Source of the DNA: Euglena gracilis
Lineage: Eukaryota
Length of the DNA: 64,000 bases
Direction: 5' to 3'
NCBI GenBank assembly: GCA_039621445.1
Contig: CP154954.1
Coordinates: 7,203,425-7,267,424, forward strand
Part shown: positions 63,870 through 64,000 of the stretch, one piece after another
Layout: each line of letters begins with the position of its first letter
How positions within the stretch are numbered: position 1 is the stretch's first letter
The notes under the pieces: model-generated
The model's database searches: none
What the model saw: the letters and a program-made list of their open reading frames with translations, nothing else
Told to the model about the DNA's origin: nothing
Translations under genes and position numbers: made by a program

Positions 63870-64000
63870 CCCTAACCCTAACCCTAACCCTAACCCTAAC
63901 CCTAACCCTAACCCTAACCCTAACCCTAACCCTAACCCTAACCCTAACCCTAACCCTAACCCTAACCCTAACCCTAACCCTAACCCTAACCCTAACCCTA
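61860..64000 (-). repeat. Telomeric array 3 in inverted orientation, (CCCTAA)n on the + strand, running off the window
   Basis: Directly visible. It is preceded by a degenerate transition at 61755-61860. Confidence 0.99.

Overview
Eukaryotic chromosome-end region, very probably from a euglenid. The evidence is TTAGGG telomere repeats and a gene with a trans-splice-type acceptor and non-GT/AG introns whose ends base-pair. Positions 1-19547 are subtelomeric DNA. They hold a split MAPEG/MGST3-like microsomal glutathione S-transferase gene, a (TATATG)n microsatellite, a nested ~3-4 kb segmental duplication, small TIR/foldback elements and a Ty3/gypsy integrase fragment. From 19548 onward the window is entirely repeat arrays: (TTAGGG)n 1.45 kb, then ~52.6 copies of a 219-bp satellite A, then (TTAGGG)n 11.4 kb, then ~82 copies of a 217-bp satellite B, then inverted (CCCTAA)n to the window end. 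The main observation is that satellites A and B look unrelated but are collinear, oppositely oriented homologues. They share short conserved blocks at identical spacing and near-helical phase. This suggests a family of ~218-bp units embedded in telomere arrays, each array near-perfectly homogeneous internally but strongly diverged from the other. An assembly artefact cannot be excluded for the array junctions.
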